A stretch of DNA of 64,000 nt from Octopus sinensis. Taxonomy: Eukaryota. A program made the position numbers and the translations under genes. Below, piece after piece: positions 56,299 to 64,000 of the stretch (positions are counted from its first letter, which is position 1; every line of letters starts with the position of its first letter). The notes under the pieces were generated by a model that did not search any database, was not told the DNA's origin, and was given only the letters and a program-made list of their open reading frames with translations. Location of the stretch: the NCBI RefSeq assembly GCF_006345805.1, contig NC_043011.1, positions 49,488,464 through 49,552,463 of the forward strand, given 5' to 3'.

Positions 56299-56330
<32 letters not shown>

Positions 56331-56332
<2 letters not shown>

Positions 56333-57067
56333 GGATAAAAATTTTTTCGAGAAAAAATTTTATCAATGGCCAGCATATCAAAAAATGCCTTTAAAGGTAA
56401 AATTTATACATAATTTACAAGATAGGGCAGAAGAAAAATTCTATTGCCAGATACGCCGAAACAACAAAAAATTGTCGATAACCATTAATTTATGCGTCTC
56501 GAAACACCCGATAGAAACTCTAAAAAAATTCGTTATTACCGTATTGGTCCAATTTCGGGTTAATTCACAAAAATTTTCCCCTCTTCAGCGGCAAATACGC
56601 GAGATATAAATGAAATACTTACTCATACCCACGGAAGAAGCAAGCACCAAGTCCCGAGCAGACTTAAGTACCCCAAATATATCCAAAATAGAAAAATCTT
56701 CGGCGCACCTCGAGACACGTGTGATTCGAACTAGAAACTTTCACAGAGTGACAGAATCCGGAAGTGAACACTAATCTATTTATAATTAATATAGGATAAA
56801 AAAATTTTTTCGAGAAAAAAATTTTATCAATGGCCAGCATATCAAAAAATGCCTTTAAAGGTAAAATTTATACATAATTTACAAGATAAGGGCAGAAGAA
56901 AAATTCTAATGCCAGATACGCGGAAATAAAAAATTGTCGATAACCATTAAATTTATGCGTCTCGAAACAAACCGATAGAAATCTCTAAAAAAATTCGAGG
57001 TGCGCCGAAGATTTTGTTTCGAGACACATAAATTTAATGGTTATCGACAATTTTTTGTTTCGGTGTG
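56331..57067 (-). mobile_element. (TA)n-flanked element with ~200-bp direct repeats (period ~461), an internal hammerhead and an inverted tail
   Basis: Repeats at 56331-56532 and 56792-56997. 56995-57015 is an inverted copy of 56693-56713, and 57016-57067 an inverted copy of about 56919-56970. Confidence 0.75.
56536..56594 (-). ncRNA. Type I hammerhead ribozyme motif with canonical core
   Basis: Minus strand: TTGCCG CTGAAGA GGG-[19 nt]-CCC GAA ATTG-GAC-CAAT A CGGTAA. The triplet is ATA, with cleavage 3' of 56542. Confidence 0.8.
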
Positions 57068-57106
57068 TATATATATATATATAGACTAACATACGTTGAT
57101 ACACAT

Positions 57107-57137
<31 letters not shown>

Positions 57138-57249
57138 ACACACACACACACACACACACACAGGGTGGTGCGATGGGTAAAATGTCATGAGTTTATATTT
57201 TTTATTTCGCGCATGCGTATGGTTTGTTTTACCTTTAGTAGAAAGGATT

Positions 57250-57282
<33 letters not shown>

Positions 57283-57283
57283 G

Positions 57284-57314
<31 letters not shown>

Positions 57315-57412
57315 CATTTTTATTATATATATATATACATACATACATAAATAAGACACATGCATACATGCGCGTATCTGTGATATGCATACAAGTACGT
57401 ATCTGTGCGTGT

Positions 57413-57443
<31 letters not shown>

Positions 57444-57662
57444 GCATATACATATAGTGAAGAGAGCCAGAAATAATGTCTAATCAATTGGTCTCCTGCA
57501 CTTATCTCCAATTGATTAAAGATTATTTTCAGCTCATATCTTCAAGTATGGAAGCCTGCATTTTAATATAATGTTCTTCAGGCCACCGCACTCTTGAAAT
57601 GATTCTCCCCATCTAGTTTTCCATATACGTATATATATATATATTATATATATATATATTAC

Positions 57663-57693
<31 letters not shown>

Positions 57694-57703
57694 ATACATA
57701 TAT

Positions 57704-57771
<68 letters not shown>

Positions 57772-57799
57772 AATACATATATATACATATGTATCTATG

Positions 57800-57845
<46 letters not shown>

Positions 57846-57857
57846 ATAATATATATA

Positions 57858-58370
57858 TATATATAAAACTGAGTATGTGTGTCTGTCTGTCTGCGTATTT
57901 CCCTAAAACTCGAGAACTACACAACCAATTTCATTCAAATTTTACACATGCCTTACTTAGGGATTCATGGGCAAAAAAAATGTTCAACTTCTTCCCTGGG
58001 GCGAGCCCATAGCAATATCATATCTTCTCCACTATTTCAGTATTACGTGTTAAAAGTGAAACAAAAACATTTCTCTATTTTATGTCAGATACTTTCACTT
58101 TAACAATAAAAATTAGAGATAATAATAACAATTGAATTATATGTAGTAAGTAATAATTAAAATCAAACTAAAGTATAATATAATCGTAACATAACAAAAG
58201 TAAAAATAGCAATTGGTATAAAATTGCATCAATGACTTGAACTTGAATAAGTGGTTTCACATGAATGGGAATAAATTTTTTTAAAAATTGGTGTGCAGAA
58301 ATGGAATAGTCCAGATGGAGCTGTGCACATACCGTTTACCACGGCTTTTACATTAGATTATCTGCTAGTT
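57858..58370 (+). mobile_element. Possible non-autonomous Helitron/Helentron (DINE-1/HINE-like) element
   Basis: 5' tatataaaa, (GTCT)n and aactacacaaccaatttcattcaaattttacac; 3' hairpin CCGT-TTACC-ACGG followed by CTAGT. The call rests on architecture only. Confidence 0.4.
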
Positions 58371-58773
58371 AGCTAGCATTAAGTATCAATATGAAGTTTG
58401 GCTGTATGTAATGTCTGTTTTCTCGAACAGCCGCTTCTACTGAGTACTGCTGGTGCTTTATTTCTTATACATAAAGGATTATAGCTTCAACTGCGTACTG
58501 CTTTTTAATTCACCGTAAGGTTTGTTGTTGTTATTATTACTGTTTAACTATTGTTATCATGTTTGTTAGTTCCTCGTAAGGTAAACACGTTGTTGCATTG
58601 CATTTGTTAAATAATTGTAAACTGCAACCCCCCCCTTTGGGAGAAGGAGCTTTGGTAATGGTTTAAAAATTGAATTGTGCCCCTGTTTGGGGAAATTAAC
58701 AATATTTTCACCGTTTATGCGGAAGCATTTTTGGTAGAATGCCTTCGATAGAAGAAAGTCTAAAAATGAATTT

Positions 58774-58834
<61 letters not shown>

Positions 58835-59680
58835 ATGATAATTTACATTTTTCATCGGGGTATAAATGTATGTATGATTGAATATACGAATTTTATGAAT
58901 ATATGTGAGTGGATCTGTTTGTAAGCGTGTATGTGTGTGTAAGTGTGGGCTAGTATCTCTTATGTTATGTTGTGATTTGGCTGTGTATATGCGTATGTGC
59001 GCACGTTTGCAAGAGTGCGCGTGTGGATGTTTCTCAACTAACCAACCGTAAAAAACAATTGTAATTTAAATTTAAAGTATAAGCCAATCAAATTCCGGCG
59101 TTCGTTTCATAACTATTTCGGAAATTAATGATATATTAGTGTCACAATAGAAATTATTAATTCACATGCATCTGTGGAAATTAACACCATGTAAACTGAT
59201 TGACTTGACTGCTTTTTGTATGTATGTGCAAATATTTAATGCCTGTGGTATTATGTTGGTCCCTAGCTTTGCTACTATATTGTTAATTATGTGATATATG
59301 TATTGTTTTATTAGTATTAATGTTATTAGAAATAAGAACAATGATATTGGTAGCATTAATGATGTTGATAACAGTATTGATGTTAACATTAATGACTTTT
59401 TGTAAATCAATATAAGGTAATACTGACTCTATATATCTGCATTGAAGTATGAATATGTCTATGTTCTCTACGTTGTAATATCTTAATATTAAGTTGAAAA
59501 ACATTGAATATGGAACATATATATATTTTATTGATTTATATTATTTGTATTATTATGTATATGTATATGTGTATGTATAAGAGTATGAGTATATGCACTC
59601 ATATATATATGTAAATGATTTATTATGGGTATGTACCCACACTTATATGAGTATATATGTAATTTGGTTTATACTTTAGA

Positions 59681-59807
59681 ATCTCCGAAGAGGCCTTAAG
59701 ATATCTTTGTAAATGTCTCATTTTTAACTTCATATTGACATACAGTACATGGCTAATATAGGTAAAATGAGATATATCTATCTGCAAGGCCGAAACAGCT
59801 GTAAGAT
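59681..59807 (+). ncRNA. Type I hammerhead motif with CCGAAGA core and an ~88-nt loop II
   Basis: ATCT CCGAAGA GGCCTT-[loop]-AAGGCC GAA ACAGCTGT A AGAT. Confidence 0.6.
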
Positions 59808-60027
59808 ATAGTGTATATTTATATTTATATCTATTTATATTTATTTATTTATATCCTCTTATAATGATTGTTCTTATTGTATTGTATTACTCATTCATGT
59901 ACGCTGTTTTGTTATATATTTTTATGTTTAACCCCAAAGTTCTTATGTAGTGGTTTAATAAAGTATGTGATTGGGTATTATCTAGTAGTTGATAAATGAT
60001 TTAGATGTATTTCTCCATTTTCTTATT

Positions 60028-60045
60028 TTGTATATATATAATATA

Positions 60046-60094
<49 letters not shown>

Positions 60095-60121
60095 TATAGA
60101 GAGAGATATAGATATATATGC

Positions 60122-60168
<47 letters not shown>

Positions 60169-60233
60169 ATAGATAGATACAGACAGATATATATATATAT
60201 ATATACATATATATGTATATATATATCTATATA

Positions 60234-60280
<47 letters not shown>

Positions 60281-60525
60281 TATATACATAGATACATATA
60301 TATATATATGTGTGTATATATATTATATATGTATATATATATTATATATATTATATATATATGTATATTATATATATATATATACATATATACATATATA
60401 CATATATACATGTATATATGTACATATATACATATATACATGTATATATATACATGTATATATACAAATGTATATCATACATATATAAGGATGTATATAT
60501 ATGTTATACATACATATATATAAAC

Positions 60526-60586
<61 letters not shown>

Positions 60587-60620
60587 CATATATATATATA
60601 CATGCATACATATATATATT
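60028..60620. repeat. (TA)n microsatellite field; similar fields at about 15120-15390, 17010-17460, 28440-30420, 42060-42700, 48800-49278 and 57628-57865
   Basis: Direct dinucleotide runs. Confidence 0.95.
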
Positions 60621-60914
60621 TGTGTGTGTGTGTTCGTATTCCCCGCCTTGCCTTTTTTAGTCTGTACCTTCTCTTTCCCTCCTTCCCATTCTGTCGTTCT
60701 TCCTATTCCTCCCACTCCTCCTCGTCTTCCCCTTCCTCCCCAACCAATGTACTTGACTCAAAAGAACGAACTAAAACGTTTCAAATCGATGCCCCAGCAT
60801 GGTCGCATTCCAATGACTTCAAGAAGTAAAATCTATAAAACATTAAAAAAAATAATACAAAACGCGACTGCATGTCCTCATTTCACATCTCTCTTTGAAC
60901 AGTCTCTCACGTGT

Positions 60915-61250
60915 CTACGCATGACTCGGTGGTGAGAACGTCGGGATCACAATCATGAGGTAGTGAGTTCGATTCCCGGACCGGGCTGCGTGTTGTGTTC
61001 TTGAGCAAGGCACTTTATTTCACATCGTTCCAGTTCACTCAGCTGTAGAAATGAGTTGCAGCATCACTGGTGCCAAGCTACGCATCAGCCTTTGCCTTTC
61101 CCTTGGATAACATCAGTGGTGTGAAGAAGATAAGCTGCTATGCATGGATAACTGCTGGTCTTCCATAAACAACCTTGCTAGGACTTGTGCCTTCAAGGGT
61201 AACTTTCTAGGTGCAGTTCAATGGTCATTCATGACCGAAGGGGTCTTTAC
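60915..61250 (+). mobile_element. SINE family D
   Basis: gagttcgattcccggaccgggc..gttgtgttcttgagcaaggcac head matches 10660. The tail matches the reverse complement of 19200-19396. Confidence 0.75.
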
Positions 61251-61462
61251 CCATCTATTATAAAATAGTCATTCGACATCTAATATAGACTGATGTAACA
61301 CTAATCTAAGGCTAATATAAGTCTAAGGTAAGATTAATCTAAGACTTTTGTAAGACTTATCTGTGACTAACATTAAACTAATAAAAGACCAATAAAAGAC
61401 TTATAAAATTAATAGGATTAACCCTTTAGCATAAAAACCGGCCGTATCAACCCCAAATATTA

Positions 61463-61680
61463 TACGAGGGTGTGCTGAAAAGATCCTGGCGTTAAGGGTA
61501 TCGTGAAAGGCCTGGCTGGAGGCCAAAACTTCCGAGTTCTTCCACGGGGCTTAGAAAAATTGAAGGGCCGCTCCAATAAGTGTGTGAATCTAAGAGGTGA
61601 ATATGTCGAATAAAATCATAATGAACTGATCCTCCTGTATTATCTGTTACCCAAAGCCAAGAACATTTCTGCAAACACAC
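61463..61680 (+). mobile_element. Mariner-derived short element
   Basis: TA followed by TACGAGGGTGTGCTGAAAAG terminus; RGLEKLKGRSNKCVNLRGEYVE* resembles a mariner transposase C-terminus; the right inverted repeat is degenerate. Confidence 0.7.
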
Positions 61681-62094
61681 ACACACACATTTCCCAAAAC
61701 AAACACAAGAATAAAACAACGCGAGGACGCAAAATATTAGCAGACGTTTGGTCTTATATGTATATAAGACTAATTTAATACTTATCTACGACCAACATAA
61801 GAGAAATATAAAATTAAGTTCCACATCTTGTTATAACCAATTTTGCCTTTCGTCCTCTCAAGGTCGATAATAATAAGGTTCCAGTTGAACATTGACGTCT
61901 ATGTAATCAACCAGACCACCGCCTTCCCCATTACGATTCCGCAATAGTGCTTGTATCAGTCAAGTACTGGAATCAACAGAATCCAGCTGCCCCTGCCCTC
62001 AAAATTACTTGCCGTGTGCCAAAATTAGAACGAATTATTCCTTGACAAGCCCTTCCCCCTCCCAATAACTGACCTTGTACCAAAATTGATATTC

Positions 62095-62342
62095 TCTTTC
62101 ACTCTTTTTACTCTTTTACTTGTTTCAGTCATTTGACTGCGGCCATGCTGCAGCACCGCCTTTAGTCGAACAAATCGATCCCAGGACTCATTCTTTGTAA
62201 GCCTAGTACTTATTCTATCGGTCTATTTTGCCGAACAGCTAAGTTACGGGGACGTAAACATACCAGCATCGGTTGTCAAGCGATGTTGGGGAGGACAAAC
62301 ACAGGCACACAAACGCACACACACAACACACACACACACACA

Positions 62343-62385
<43 letters not shown>

Positions 62386-62562
62386 CATATACATACATAC
62401 GACGGTCTTCTTTCAGTTTCTGTCTACCAAATCCACTCAGAAGGCTTTGGTCGGCCCCAGGCTATAGTAGAAGACACTTGCCCAAGATGCCACGCAGTGG
62501 GCCTGAACCCGGAGCCATGTAGTTGATAAGCAAGCTACTTACCCCACAGCCACTCCTACGCC
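62095..62562 (-). mobile_element. SINE family A, full length, inserted in a 60-bp repeat array
   Basis: Reverse complement of family A, with 60-bp monomers on both flanks. Confidence 0.9.
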
Positions 62563-63075
62563 TAAGAATTATTTTTGACAAGCCCCTCCCCTCAAAATGA
62601 CTGGCCTTGTACCAAAATTAGAAAGGATTATTCTTTAACAAGCCTTTCTCCTAAGAATTACTGGCCTTGTACCAAAATTAGAACGAATTATTTTTTGACA
62701 TGCCCCTCCCATCAAAATTATTAGCCTGGACCAAAATTAGAAACAATTGTTTTTTGACAAGCCCCCTCTCCTCAAATTTGGTGGCATTGTACCAAAATTA
62801 GAAAGAATTATTCCTTGACAAGCCCTTTCTCTCAAAATTACTGGTCTAGCACCAAAATTAGAACGAATTATTCTTTGACATGCCCCTCCCATCAAAATTA
62901 TTAGCCTGGACCAAAATTAGAAACAATTGTTTTTTGACAAGCCCCCCGCTCCTCAAATTTAGTGGCATTGTACCAAAATTAGAAAGAATTATTCCTTGAC
63001 AAGCCCCTTCTCTCAAAATTACTGGTCTAGCACCAAAATTGGAATGAATTATTCCTTGAAAGCTCCTCCCTCCAA
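62563..63075. repeat. ~60-bp tandem repeat with a 180-bp higher-order period
   Basis: ccaaaattagaa recurs about every 60 bp. tgcccctcccatcaaaattattagcctgga occurs at 62701 and 62881. Confidence 0.9.
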
Positions 63076-63429
63076 AATTGCTATCCTGGAGTCTAAAACA
63101 GAAACCATTATTTCTCGCTTTAAATTGTTCATGAAATAAAACATTCGTTATTGATTTTTATTTCCGTTCGCCAGGAATTTTTAAGTCTTGCAGGAATTGG
63201 TCGAAGAATTCTAATGCAGCTGTTTGCTTGCGACTTACGAGTCGTCGTCTCACAAGGACGTTATTCGCTGATTTCATTTGTTCTGTAGCCATTAAAACAA
63301 TTCCTCAGGCGTTTCAAGTATGGTACTTATTCTAACGGCCCCAATTACCGAACGAGGACGTAAACAAACTAACGCCGGTTTTCAAGTCGAGGTAGGGGAC
63401 AAACCCCCAACACAAAAGCTTACATAATA

Positions 63430-63600
63430 GGCGCAGGAGTGGCTGTGTGGTAAGTAGCTTGCTAATCAACCACATGGTTCTGGGTTCAGTCCCACTGCGT
63501 GGCGTCTTGGGCAAGTGTCATCTGCTATAGCCCCGGGCTGACCAATGCTTTGTGAGTGGATTTGGTAGACGGAAACTGAAAGAAGCCTGTCGTATATATG

Positions 63601-63631
<31 letters not shown>

Positions 63632-63815
63632 GTCCCTAGCATTGCTTGACAACCGATGCTGGTGTGTTTATGCCCTCGTCACTTAGCGGTTCGGCAAAAG
63701 ACACCGATAGAAGAAGTACTGGGCTTACAAAGAATAAGTCCCGGCGTCGATTTGTTCGACTAATGGCGGTGCTCCAGCATGACCGCAGTCAAATGACTGA
63801 AACAAGTAAAAGTGA
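63430..63815 (+). mobile_element. SINE family A, full length
   Basis: Near-identical to 9230 and 14079. Confidence 0.9.
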
Positions 63816-64000
63816 GAAAGAGATATAGACACGCATATCTATCAATCTATCTGTCTGTCTATTATCTATCTTTCTCTCTCTCTCTCTCTCTCTCTGTGCA
63901 CGCGCGTGTGCGTAGTTACAGTTCCATTATCGGTAAGACGAACAAAAGAATATTCCATCTCGTGATAAATAAGTATCATTTGATATACACAATTACAAAA

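Noticed and set aside
57490-57600. Minus-strand CTGAAGA...GAAA between TA/CA tracts
   Set aside because: I could not form consistent stems I, II and III.

Overview
AT-rich eukaryotic DNA that is almost entirely repeats. The SINE families and (TA)n/(GATA)n fields suggest a cephalopod, probably Octopus; that is inference from memory, not a search result. I could not support any host protein-coding gene. Nearly all ORFs in the track are microsatellite translations or decayed transposon fragments. Recognisable features are one tRNA-Lys(CTT) locus, dozens of tRNA-derived SINEs, decayed LINEs (RTE, Tx1/L1, R4-like), Penelope-like element (PLE) remnants, mariner-derived MITEs, several tandem repeats and a 100-N gap. 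The main unexplained signal is a set of about ten type I hammerhead-ribozyme (HHR) motifs, found by eye on both strands, mostly inside short elements embedded in (TA)n tracts. The best case is a 535-bp x 4.6 near-identical tandem array (5907-8360) in which each unit folds into an HHR with a non-canonical CCGAUGA core and a 43-nt loop II. A second element (56331-57067) has a ~461-bp period around a canonical HHR. A third (8398-8931) joins tandem HHR-bearing repeats to a PLE ORF start. Together they look like a (TA)n-targeted, PLE-mobilised retrozyme or circular-RNA system. All folds were assigned by hand and none has been tested for cleavage.
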